Shown here: positions 1 to 11,620 of the stretch, piece after piece
Numbering within the stretch: the first letter of the stretch is position 1
Layout: each line of letters begins with the position of its first letter
Position numbers and translations under genes: made by a program
The notes under the pieces: model-generated
What the model was told of the DNA's origin: nothing
Database searches by the model: none
Seen by the model: only the letters and a program-made list of their open reading frames with translations
Assembly (NCBI RefSeq): GCF_001194135.2
Contig: NC_068989.1
Coordinates: 26,909,407-26,960,715 of the forward strand
Source: Octopus bimaculoides
Taxonomy: Eukaryota
DNA length: 51,309 nt
Reading direction: 5' to 3'

Positions 1-82
1 GAGTTTCTCTGCCCTAGGTGTACGGAAAACACTCGGCGAGAAATGGAATAAAATTTGAAGAAAGAAGGAAAAAAACAACATG

Positions 83-168
<86 letters not shown>

Positions 169-180
169 CATCATCATTAT
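83..180. repeat. (AAT)n followed directly by (ATT)n/(ATC)n microsatellite, forming a palindrome
   Basis: Read directly. AAT run 83-119 is the reverse complement of the ATT run starting at 120. Confidence 0.95.
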
Positions 181-1825
181 TAGGATCGGCTGAGAAGTTC
201 ATAGGCTGGCAAAGGTATTCTAATGGAATGTGACCAAATGAAGTTCATTTTTTAACATTGTCCGCCTTACTTACGATTCATACAGGATTTTTTTTACTTG
301 CCTTCAATTTTTGAAATTTAAAATTAAGTGAACATTTTCGAATTTGATATTTTGATATCATTTTGCACGGTGAATCTGATGTTATTATTCATTTGTACCA
401 GAAATGTTTTAGAAAAATGTTACAGTGATTTAAAATTGATAATTTTAACTCAATTAGAAAAAAAGATTTGGAAGTTGGCATTTTGTGCGTAATGAAACCA
501 TTACAACGACTAATGGCAACATTGCAACGAGAATACATTCAGCGATGGAAGTTTCAAGTTTTAATAAATAAAATTATGTGAAATATTTGAACAAGCAATG
601 CAAAACGCACAGTCTTAATTTACGAAAAACAATACTGTAGTTTAGTTCATGCAAAAAAATACATATTCTGCAGGGAGAACGTTAAATGACAGAAAAAGAA
701 AGTAACTGTACTGCAGTTTATGTGACGATCAAACTGTTGTTTACGTTTCGATTGACTAAAATTACCCAAAATTTTCAGATCTTAAAAGCTATTAACGTTT
801 TATTTGCGTTATGGCTTAAAGGGCTTTCATGCAGAAGTACATCAATACACTAAATTTGGAATCAATTGGAACGAAATTGAAGGAATTGAAAAGTGATAAC
901 CAAACAGAAAAGATCCTCCATACACTTATCGGTGTTGCGGTGCTTCGATCGCGTTGGTGGAGAAGGATTTCAACAGCAGATAAGACGTTAATATTGTGAA
1001 AAGGCCAAATCATCAAAGTGGGTAAAGTGATCAAGCACTTCAAAGCCAGCAGATAACAGCACCATACTGGATATCATAATGAGGCCATGGGGCATCCTTT
1101 CCCCATATGTGCGGTTTTTCTTTGCACCCTTGGAACGTTGAATAACTTTCACGGTACAAATTTATGTCACATGCAAAATATCGATGGCACTTTTTCACAT
1201 GCTGGAAAAGGTTAATCATTAATTTGTTCACAGGATTGCACCTCTGCAACTTCCGCTGGTCCCGCATCCTCTTAACATGATGAAGTACTGAAGAAATCTG
1301 TAAGTCTCGTCACTTTAGCTTCTCGTGGATTTCACATAGTAGACAGTGATGAAATAAATGAGATAGGTGTAAGCAGATTAACAATTTCATATTTGAAAAC
1401 ATGGTTATTTAAAATAATTTTTGACTAATACATTTAAAGCTACTTGTGCAACGTCGTTATCAGACAGAAAAAAGTATGATATACAATTATGTATTTGTGA
1501 TTTAAATTAAACGAGTATATGTAACGTATAGTATGTTGCATGTTAAAATTTTAATTTCGGAGATGCCCCAAGCGAAGCAAATATAAGAAGTAAAAATACA
1601 AATTCAAAATATTTCGAAATGCGGGGCACTATACGGTGTAAAATAACAAAACAAAAATAATTTAGTAGTGCTCGTGTTCCAAAGGTACGATAAGAGGGAT
1701 CAAGAGAATGATAGAAAGACTGGATAGAAGGGAATAAAGACAAAACGAAAGAAAATATAGAATGAAAAGAGAAAAGACAAACCAAGGGTCTGAAGTGAAT
1801 GTGAGGTAGTAACTGAAGAAACACG

Positions 1826-1995
1826 TCTTACCTAGGCACCCGATGGTGTCCAAGGGAAAGGCAAAAGACGATGCAACTTGGCACTAGTGATGTAGCAACT
1901 CATTTCTATAGCTGAATGAACTGGATCAACATGAAATAAAGTGTCATGCTTAAGAACACGACACAGAGCCTAGTCCGAGGATTGAACACACACGA
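1826..1995 (-). mobile_element. tRNA-derived SINE fragment
   Basis: Minus strand reads GTGTTCAATCCTCGGACTAGG..TGTGTCGTGTTCTTAAGCATGACACTTTATTTCA, a B-box-like element followed by a CTTGAGCAAGACACTT-type SINE core. Family recognised from memory. Confidence 0.55.
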
Positions 1996-2009
1996 GTCAA
2001 AGAGATTTG

Positions 2010-2480
2010 AAGTTTTTTCTTTACAAAATGTTGTCTAATGTCTCGGAAACATAATAGCCGATGCAAGGTCTGGTGAATATGGTGAATGACAGAGTACTTA
2101 CAACGTCAGTTCCTGTAACTTGAGTAGCGTTCTTTGTGCAACATGTGGTGGAACATTGCCTTGCAAGAGTATTGGCTTCTGTCTATTGACCAATCTCGGT
2201 TGTTAATTGTAAGTTCCCGCATCATTAAACCAATTGGTTGAAGTATACATCCGCTGTAATTGAAATTACCACTTCTCATAAATCTGTAGAGGATGACACC
2301 AGCACTGGACCACCAGACACCATTGGCTTTTCCTGGTGAATATTCTCTTTCGTGTTTTTGCACTTCATCTCCATCCAACCACCGTGCAGAACGCTTGCTA
2401 TTATTGAAAATAATCCATTATGCATCACACGTAAGAATACGATGAAATAATGGTTCGTTTTTACCGTGACAGCAAAGAAC
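2010..2480 (-). pseudogene. Degraded mariner (DD34D-type) transposase
   Basis: Frameshifted minus-strand translation gives VWWSSAGVILYRFM, PILLQGNVPPHVAQRT and HSPYSPDLA, matching the mariner catalytic motifs (HDNARPH, YSPDLAP). Confidence 0.85.
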
Positions 2481-2680
2481 AGCAAGTTTCAAGACGACGT
2501 GTTATTTGATGCTTGTTATTTTATTTAACGACTGTCAAAATTTGTGCATATGAAAATCGGACATTTCATTCTTAATGACTTGATATATGACAAAGGGTGT
2601 TTTAACACCTACGATGCTAGAAATAAGAACTTAAGTGCTCTGATGCTGCAGTTAACGAACACAATATTATACACACGTAC

Positions 2681-3205
2681 TGACAGTGACTGCAAACGGC
2701 CGAAAGTTGCAGTCGTGATATCCCTGGACCCTGCCGTTTAGAGTCGCTGTCGGTATGTATGTATACAATTGTGTGCGTTGACTGCAGCATGAGAACACTT
2801 TAGCTCTTATTTCTAGCACTGTAGGTTTTCCAATATCCTCCCTCACATTTCATGACAATCATGATTTACCTTTTTGATGACATATTGCTAAACAGCTGCT
2901 AATTTTATTATGTACAGACATATATACTGCTGACGTCTTTTCCAGAAACTGCAAGTTTTGCCGACCCTGTTGATGAGTGCTTCGGTCTTAAAACCGAAGC
3001 CGTCGAAGATCCATGGATATCACGACTTCTACGTTCGGCCGTTTCCGACCGCTGTCTTTATATATTTATTCAATTGTGTTCGTTGACTGCAGCATCTTTA
3101 GATTTTATTTTTAGCATTGTAAGTATTCTAACAACCTCAGTTATATTTAATGACAAATATAATTCTCCTTTTTGGTGATACATTGCTAAAAACTGCCTAA
3201 TTTAA
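2681..3205. repeat. Two diverged tandem paralogous units, each with a hairpin-forming head
   Basis: CAATTGTGTGCGTTGACTGCAGCAT...GCTAAACAGCTGCTAATT (about 2765-2905) recurs as CAATTGTGTTCGTTGACTGCAGCAT...GCTAAAAACTGCCTAATT (about 3071-3205). Confidence 0.75.
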
Positions 3206-3332
3206 TATATATATATATATATATATANNNNNNNNNNNNNNNNNNNNNNNNNNNNNNNNNNNNNNNNNNNNNNNNNNNNNNNNNNNNNNNNNNNNNNNNN
3301 NNNNNNNNNNNNNNNNNNNNNNNNNNNNNNNN

Positions 3333-3477
3333 TAAGTATCTTGCTTACCAACCACATGGTTTTGGGTTCATTCCCACTGCGCGGCAAGTGTTCTACTATA
3401 ACCTCGGGCCGACCAAAGCCTTGTGAGTGTATTTGGTAGACGAAAACTGAAAGAAGCCCGTCGTATATATGTATATG

Positions 3478-3519
<42 letters not shown>

Positions 3520-3760
3520 AATGTATGTATGTATGTATGTATGTATGTATGTATGTATGTATGTATGTGTGTGTATATGTTTGTGTGTCTGTGTTTGTAC
3601 CCCAACATCGCTTGACAACCGATGGTGGTGTGTTTACCGAGAGAATAAGTACTAGGCTTACAAAGAATAAAGTCCTGGGTGGATTTGCTCGACTAAAGGC
3701 GGTGCCCCAGCATGGCCACTGTCAAATGAATGAAACACGTAAAAGAGTAAAAGAGAGAGA
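3333..3760 (+). mobile_element. tRNA-derived SINE with internal (TG)/(TATG) microsatellite; 5' end lost in gap
   Basis: GGGTTCATTCCC B-box-like head, GGCAAGTGTTCTACTATA core, microsatellite, then a tail CGCTTGACAACCGATG...GGTGCCCCAGCATGGCC...GAAACACGTAAAAGAG. The same tail occurs at 8740-8910 and, inverted, at 49165-49340. Confidence 0.85.
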
Positions 3761-3831
3761 TATCAGACAAGAACAGATAACAAAGCCAAGGCTGTGAGGA
3801 GTTTTCATGGCATTTATAAGGAAAGAGATAT

Positions 3832-4220
3832 AATGTTACAGCTGTTTCTGGGATATTATAGATGTCGCGTCACCAGAGACGATGTGAGGTAAATGTTCGA
3901 AATTAGGAAATTATTATGGAAAAGGAGGAGATAGGGAAAATAGAGGAGAAATATGAGAATGAAAGTAGAAATAACAAACGTTTGTCGTTGCAGTTCCATT
4001 ATTCGAGTAAAGTGGTGCATATAAGTGGTAAAAAAGTTTCTTGTACATGGTATGTAAGTTCCGATTGTAGTTCGTGTTCAGTCATTTCAAAGTATGGAGC
4101 CATGGATTCTGTGTTGCCCATTGGAAGGTGTTTTCTGGTGTGAATGAAAATTTGAGAATGGTAGTACTTGTGGATAGATGAGCCGGAAAACTGGATGATT
4201 AGAATGAAGAAATAGGTCAA
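3832..4220 (-). mobile_element. Penelope-like element 3' remnant (GIY-YIG C-terminus plus decayed hammerhead-like motif)
   Basis: Minus frame AHLSTSTTILKFSFTPENTFQW..WLHTLK*LNTNYNRNLHTMYKKLF resembles the end of a PLE endonuclease. Downstream is CTGGTGA-stem-GAAAC-AGCT-GTA at 3832-3881. Confidence 0.55.
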
Positions 4221-6249
4221 AATGAAGAGAGGAAGGGAAAAATGAGAGGAAGAGAGAAAAAAGAAAAAAGAATAAAAGAGTAATGAGAGTAAAAAGAGCG
4301 AGAGAGAGAGAAACGAAGCGGAAGAGACAAGAAAAATATGAAGGCTGACAGACGTGAGAAAAGGAGTATCAGTTGGTTGTCAAGATAATGTGGGGGAGGA
4401 TGGGAGAGGAGTGGGAGAGAAATGGTTAAGAAGTGATGAGAAGGTAAGGAGTGAGTAAGTGTGAGATATACGGGTAGGGGTGATATGATAGTTCTGTATT
4501 AAAGGATGGGTAGAGAAAAGGATGGGTGGGTGATACCAAAGTAAGCAGTAGTTTTAGTAGTAAAATTCAAAGTGGAGGGAAGAATACAAGGATGTCAAAA
4601 TTTCTCTAAATACACGTATGTAATAGGTTGGTGTGAGAGGCAGAAATCACAGAGGAGGAAAGAAGGTATAATGACATGCGTACGCTCGCACCTACGTACA
4701 TATACATATGCGCATTTTCATACATATATATAAACGTGCATGCTCACACGCATTCATAAAGCATTCATACACGCATATGCGTGCGAATACATATACATGC
4801 ATGCACACATACATATATGCAGGCGCACGCACGCGCGTATACTTATAGACACATACACACACACTTATATATATTTGTATATACATATGCACGCATATAT
4901 GCATTCCACTTTTTTCGACTTGTTTCACTTTTATCTCGTTCTCCTTCTACCTTTCTCGTCCTTCCCTTGTCTCGCCACTAATAACGCCCACACCGACATT
5001 CACATCCTCTCACCATGCCTGACCTTCACTCCTTCCTCCAACATCTTCAGTCCCTTCTTCGCCGTTTTCTTTCTTTTTTCCCCCACAATGCTTGCAACCC
5101 ACAAAAAACCTCTCTTGCTTGCTTTTCAAAAAGNNNNNNNNNNNNNNNNNNNNNNNNNNNNNNNNNNNNNNNNNNNNNNNNNNNNNNNNNNNNNNNNNNN
5201 NNNNNNNNNNNNNNNNNNNNNNNNNNNNNNNNNNNNNNNNNNNNNNNNNNNNNNNNNNNNNNNNNNNNNNNNNNNNNNNNNNNNNNNNNNNNNNNNNNNN
5301 NNNNNNNNNNNNNNNNNNNNNNNNNNNNNNNNNNNNNNNNNNNNNNNNNNNNNNNNNNNNNNNNNNNNNNNNNNNNNNNNNNNNNNNNNNNNNNNNNNNN
5401 NNNNNNNNNNNNNNNNNNNNNNNNNNNNNNNNNNNNNNNNNNNNNNNNNNNNNNNNNNNNNNNNNNNNNNNNNNNNNNNNNNNNNNNNNNNNNNNNNNNN
5501 NNNNNNNNNNNNNNNNNNNNNNNNNNNNNNNNNNNNNNNNNNNNNNNNNNNNNNNNNNNNNNNNNNNNNNNNNNNNNNNNNNNNNNNNNNNNNNNNNNNN
5601 NNNNNNNNNNNNNNNNNNNNNNNNNNNNNNNNNNNNNNNNNNNNNNNNNNNNNNNNNNNNNNNNNNNNNNNNNNNNNNNNNNNNNNNNNNNNNNNNNNNN
5701 NNNNNNNNNNNNNNNNNNNNNNNNNNNNNNNNNNNNNNNNNNNNNNNNNNNNNNNNNNNNNNNNNNNNNNNNNNNNNNNNNNNNNNNNNNNNNNNNNNNN
5801 NNNNNNNNNNNNNNNNNNNNNNNNNNNNNNNNNNNNNNNNNNNNNNNNNNNNNNNNNNNNNNNNNNNNNNNNNNNNNNNNNNNNNNNNNNNNNNNNNNNN
5901 NNNNNNNNNNNNNNNNNNNNNNNNNNNNNNNNNNNNNTACATGTACCCACATACATATATATACATACATAAAAATACATGCAGACATTTAGACAAACAT
6001 GTATCCGGTTGTGTGTCCAAATACGTAGTATTTAAAGATTGAGATACATAAAGTAAGATAGGAGCGTTAAAAAATTAAATATTAAAGATTAAAATGGAGA
6101 TAAGGGTAAGTTAAATAGAGTTGTTGGGGATTACCTAAGGGATGTTCTGGGTATATGCTGTGTCGTTATTTAGGTTACATTGAGAGTTGTGGTAACGTTT
6201 GAAGGTATGAAAAAAGCGGTGGTTGCATGTACCTAGGGCTTCATTATAT

Positions 6250-6620
6250 TTTTTTAGTAGTGTCAAGGAGTTGTGTTTTAATATGTGGAATGCCTCTTTT
6301 AGGCATAGATTACAGCCTAAGCGTTGACCTTGGTATGGAAGCCCTGACTATATTATGGACCATGCCGAAATACAGGGAATATTTCTATTTTTTGATGATG
6401 TATATGACTGGCGAGTGTTGTGGATTTACTGTGTTTTTTGCATCTAAAAGAACTGAGATGAGCGGCATATCGCCTTTTAAAATTTACGGTTGAACCTATA
6501 TATATGGCTGTAGTATAGTGTAATGTATTGAGGACGGAGCATTTATAAATTACATTAGATCTTCTACAATGGGTTTGTAGAGGGCAGATGGACCCAGGAC
6601 GGCAGTTACAAGTGGGTGAA
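6250..6620 (-). pseudogene. Penelope-like GIY-YIG endonuclease with Cys-rich linker (Neptune-like), frameshifted
   Basis: CNCRPGSICPLQTHC..NVIYKC..YIGSTVNFKRRYAAHLSSF..STTLASH, then in a shifted frame PYQGQRLGCNLCLKEAFHIL. Confidence 0.9.
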
Positions 6621-8439
6621 TTTTGGGGATTATTTTCAGGAATGGAAGAGGTAATACTGTTCAAAGGGAGGTTAGAGATGGGGGTAGAAAGGTCCAAGTT
6701 ATTATTTTTATTACTATTTTCATAATTATTGCTATCGTTGTTGTGAATTATTCTATCTATAACGGTGGTGGAAGTTGTGGTAGTAATTTGGATAGTGCTA
6801 GTATGATAGGCTGGGTTATAGTTGTAGTCTAACGTATGGGGTTCAATATTGGAGCTAAATCTTTCTTTTCTCTGTGTCTCTCGTTCTCTCTGACGTTGTC
6901 CTGTCTATTCCATTTTGTCTTTCTGTATCATGTTTCCATATCTGACGACAGAAGGCACAATAGGAAAAAAAAGAAAATGGTACAAACAATATAATACATA
7001 AACCCATGCAAACGTACACAAAGCTTGCAAATAACAAACACTTTGACACGCATACAGGTAAACACCTGAAGCATGTGTAGATAGGCACACATACTACGGA
7101 AAGACATGGTGGAACACACAGAACAAAACCAGAGTGAAGAGGAGACATGGAAAAGAACAGATAGTTATTGAAGAGGTCGCAAAATGTGTGACGAAAGACC
7201 TCTAACAAATAAACCAATAATAATAATAAAGCTAAAATAAATAGTGCATTTGCTTACTGGCTAAGTACCCGCCCCCAAATATAATAATAATTCCACATTC
7301 TATATCATAACATGGTAAAATCTACATTTATAATGTTTCACTTGACATACCAGAAATTTGATAACCAAATCTTGTCAAACTTCCAAAAGGAATACAGAAA
7401 AGTAATAACATATTCAAGATATTACGAGACGGGCTATTGCACGCAAAATATGTAAGGAATACCAGTTTAAAATTGTATATGGCAAATAGTGAATTTCCTT
7501 GTTGTATAAAGATTTTACCTCACAGCGCATGCCATCTTCAAGATTTAAAAGCGGGATTAAATTACAATAAATATAAGAGAAAATAAGATTATGTATATGG
7601 TAAGATACTCTACAGCGACGTCGTTTTTCATTCCATGAGACATTAATACGAAACATTGATTTAGGTCTCTTTACAGATTTAATGTTTAATTGTAAATTTT
7701 ATGGAATTGTATGACTATATATAGACGCCAAGATGTATTTGTATACCAACACACATTCAAACCTACAGTGATACACAAACTACATGTAGGCACGTACTTG
7801 TTTTCTCTGTTTCATCTTTTCTCTCTCTACTTATACACACACACTATCACGCACACACATACACTCTCGCATGCACACGCACTAACGCACACACATAATA
7901 CACACGCACGCACACACACACGCACGCACACATACGCACATAGTTATCTACAAAAATATTTGGCTTAAACAAATATGTATCCCATGTGTATACACATACT
8001 CACAGACATGGTGTGGTATACGTTTCTGTGATCTAATGGACATGAATAAAAGGTGTTTGCATCCACTCATATGCAGACAACTAACAAGAATCATCCTATT
8101 CGCTAGCAAGAATGAATGGCAGACGAATATTGGAACAGTAAAACAAGAACAATAGAACAATAGAAACCTAGCAATTTTGGATCAATTTTACGAAGGCGTA
8201 CTTAAACAGAATCAACTACTTTCAAATGTAAAGGAATTAATACACTTTCCCCCAGATAATTCTGCAGCAATATTTGCAGACAGTCAGCCACACTGTTCGT
8301 TAAAACTGCAAACCTAGAACATTAAAGAATTATTTTGAAGCTATGAAAATGCTGAAAGTCTTCTTTATGTCCATGTGTGAATATGATGTAACATCCACTA
8401 ATTGAGACTTCGGCATTTCCCGGTTGGTACAGTATTATA

Positions 8440-8910
8440 CCTGTGTGGTTGTATGGTAAGAATTGTGCTTCTCAGCAATATAGTCTTGTGTTCATTTCTA
8501 CTGCCTGGCTCATTGGGCAAGTGTTTTCTGCTATAACCTCTGTCTGATCAAAGACTTGTGTGTGTATCCGCTAGATGTCGCATATATATATATATGTGTG
8601 TGTGAGTATGTGCGTGTGTACGCCTCTATGTGTGTTTGTGTGTATGGTGGTGTATGGGTGTGTGTGTGTGTATGTGTGTGTGTGTNNNNNNNNNNTGTAT
8701 GGGTGTGTGTGTGTGTATGTGTGTGTGTGTGTGTGTAGTATCCACCGCCACTGTACAGCCAGTGTTGGTTTGTTCCGTCCCAGTAACATAGAGGTTCATG
8801 AAAGAGAAAGAAAAAGTAAGTAATAGACTTAAGAAATGTGTATTGTAGTCAGTTTGTTCAAATTTTTTCAAGATAGTGCTCCAGCATGGCAGCAGTATAA
8901 TGGAAAAACA
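8440..8910 (+). mobile_element. Diverged SINE, same family as 3333-3760
   Basis: GTGTGGTTGTATGGTAAGAA head, TGGGCAAGTG core, (TG)n tract and GTGCTCCAGCATGGC tail. Confidence 0.6.
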
Positions 8911-8962
8911 AAACAAGTAGAAAGTATAGACATGGAAGGATCGAAAACCTACAGCAGACGCA

Positions 8963-8970
8963 GCTCCTGC

Positions 8971-9011
<41 letters not shown>

Positions 9012-9060
9012 ATGATGAAGATGATGATGATGATGATGATGATGAAGATGATGATGATGA
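8963..9060. repeat. Compound (GCT)n(GAT)n trinucleotide repeat
   Basis: Read directly. Confidence 0.95.
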
Positions 9061-10359
9061 CACTACCACACAGATTCTTGGGCCGAAAATCACCATCAAC
9101 TTATTTCCGTTAGTATTTTCTTTTATTCATAATATACCTCGAATAATGGAATGTATGCGCATGTACAAAGGACCACATAAACTGAATTCAAACAACTATG
9201 ACTCTCACAAACTTGCGTATTGTATAATATTTAGCACGGATAAAATGTCACGCTATCCATCTATTAATGTTCGGTGATAGATGAAGAAATGCATGTAGAC
9301 ATTCTTTCAGAGAAATATTCCTTTCTGCGATTTTGATTGTGCAAAATTGATCTTTACCTAAAACTTGCTTGTGAGAAAGCATACGTAGGTAGATATAATC
9401 TAGAAAACTCTTCCACAGAGGATCAGAATAGTGAACCCCATCATTCCTCATCTCAGCAATAAAATATTTAATGGTTGAAACAGACACATTCAAATTCTTT
9501 TGTACGACGCTTACTTCCGGATTAAAAACGCATATACTGTTGGAACCAGCATAAAACCTCTTCATGATATAATCGCACGTAATGTTTAAAAGCCACTTCA
9601 TAGACATAAACTGGAACTATACTACTGAAACATAGCGGACATAAAACTAATCTTTAAAATAGCTGTATAAAATAATATCATAGAACTTGAAAAGAACACC
9701 ATGGAAATCATCCAATGCGTGTCAATATGTATCCAACAGAGTATTAAAAAAGCAACACTGTATTTCACAATATTGATCTGTTCGTCCTTAAAACTGGACA
9801 AGAAATTATAAATAAGATCACACATTAAGCAAGAACTAATATCACCGTGTATTTTGGTGTAGCGGAAATCTGGTATAGTAGAAAACTTCAAGATTAACAT
9901 CCTAATAACGAACTTTTTTTAATTATTGGGAAATATATCACCCTTGTGTCAACAAGGGAATTAAAAACAAAGAACTTTTACAAGGAGAGATTCCTCCTGC
10001 TCCAAAAAAAAAAATGGATGAAAAATTAGAAAATAAATTAATTTCACATTCTTTGTCGTATCAAGGTATGTGAAATATATCTATTCTATAATAAAAAGCA
10101 ATTTCCAGTGAATTATATTTTCTAGCACTATCACAAAAGAGACCTAGCTTTTAAATTCAGCAAAGTATTACGCGATTTGAAACTTAAAATTAAAATATTT
10201 GAAAGTATAAAGAATGGTCAATTTCTACCAGTTAGATAATGACTCGCACGTTGCTATTTAATGAGCATCCACATTAGTATCTGCAGAATGTGACATGTTG
10301 TACTACGTGATACTAAACAGGACTAAGATATTCGAAAGCTAGACAAGTTATTTAAGATT

Positions 10360-10610
10360 ACAGATCAGAGATGTACAGCGAGAATATTTACAAAGACACA
10401 GGTGCCATTTTAAACAGAATATTGTGAAACTCATACATAGATAAACTATAATTCGAAAAACACGTGGAACGCAAAGGCAAACATGTCAACTTAAATTGCA
10501 AAATGGCTTGCAGAATAGAGAATATAATATTCTGAACCAAGTGGTAGGAAAAGAAAGAGCCATGGCTCTGAACTCGGCTGACAAAGGTGGAGCTGTAATT
10601 GTATGAAGTT
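10360..10610 (+). pseudogene. Penelope-like RT N-terminal remnant
   Basis: Plus frame ends ..NQVVGKERAMALNSADKGGAVIV*. (K/P)ADKG..V.V is the conserved pre-RT motif of PLEs. Confidence 0.55.
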
Positions 10611-10809
10611 CAGGCATCTGCTCCGTCTGGAGCTGGATTTAATTTTCTCTCCATACTACAGTTCAAATATTCAACTCCTTTCATTTAATCCCCTCCGCAT
10701 ACATTTAAACACATCACAGGTGTCTTACCTTCCAACTCCACACACACTAGCACCCTAAATTATTACATATCCCAAAATTTCCTATTTTTGTCACATCTTC
10801 CTAAACACT

Positions 10810-11240
10810 TCTATCTAATACTAGCAGAGACACCAGGCGTTGCCCGTGTCACATGGAATTGAAGAATTATACTTTTCTTTTATATTTTCTCGAATGAACT
10901 GTAATACCTATGATTCGAATTTCATCAAAATTGCAGTTTAAGAATTTTAATGAGTGTTCTTTCCCTCTTTACACACCCTAACAAAAGTTCTAATCAGGAC
11001 ATATTTATCCCATACTACTCATCTTTATTCCCAGATTCCAAAATCTAAATCTTATAAAACCTATTCAAAGATGTTTCCTCCTGAAAAACGGAACACATGG
11101 AGCTCTAAAATGTGGGTGCTAAGGCCCCCTATTAGGGGCGGGGTCTTAAAGTCAATCAGAGATGTTGAGTTGTTGGGAATTCTTTTTACTTTCTCTCATA
11201 TCTATTGTTCAAATTTCTTTGAAATCGGAAATACATGAAT
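10810..11240 (+). mobile_element. Helitron/Helentron-type non-autonomous element (HINE-like)
   Basis: Begins TAATACTAGCAGAGACACCAGGCGTTGCCCG and contains AATTTCATCAAAAT and AAATTTCTTTGAAATCGG blocks typical of these elements. Recognised from memory. Confidence 0.5.
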
Positions 11241-11399
11241 GTTCACTGGGTTTGTAAAAGCGAGCAAAGCTAAAGGAAACTAACAAAGAAATAAAAAACG
11301 AATGAACACAATAAGCAGTCATCTACCGTACCCTAGTCATTACCACTCCCCAATATAGGATTCATCACCATACAGGTGACCGGCACAGCCGTAAGATGC

Positions 11400-11620
11400 A
11401 TTACGGATATATAGCAATCGGAAGGGTGTTACCCAACTCAAATAAACATTAACAACTATTTGACGTGAGGGTTAAGGGGAAATGAAAGTTTCACCTCTGG
11501 CGTTTGCCAATGATCACTATGCCGATAGGTACCTGAACAGAATAAATTTGCAATCTATAAATCATTTTGAATGATCAATCACATATCTGGAAAGGCCTTG
11601 AAATCAATGTTAACATCTGG
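11400..11620 (+). pseudogene. Highly decayed non-LTR RT fragment
   Basis: RKGVTQ..., MKVSPLAFAND (FADD-like) and GLEINVN (GL.IN..K-like) occur in the expected order, with stops. Confidence 0.4.

Noticed and set aside
181-270. Possible mariner TIR remnant (GGCTGAGAAGTTCATAGGCTG)
   Set aside because: No partner TIR or transposase sequence was found nearby.
863-960. ILHTLIGVAVLRSRW resembling the C-terminus of VWA5A/PARP4-type proteins
   Set aside because: The resemblance is short, the following conserved W..KA..W pattern is not in frame, and no VIT or VWA sequence is seen.
6855-7217. 120-aa hydrophobic minus-strand ORF
   Set aside because: It is low-complexity T/G-rich sequence next to a PLE, with no recognisable motif.
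8930-9274. 115-codon open frame encoding poly-Ala and poly-Asp
   Set aside because: The openness is largely explained by the GCT and GAT repeats. There is no start or clear acceptor, and it begins at a SINE tail.
9248-9900. Two adjacent minus-strand ORFs (119 and 92 aa)
   Set aside because: They are in different frames with no motif, and the plus strand looks at least as protein-like. Left unassigned.
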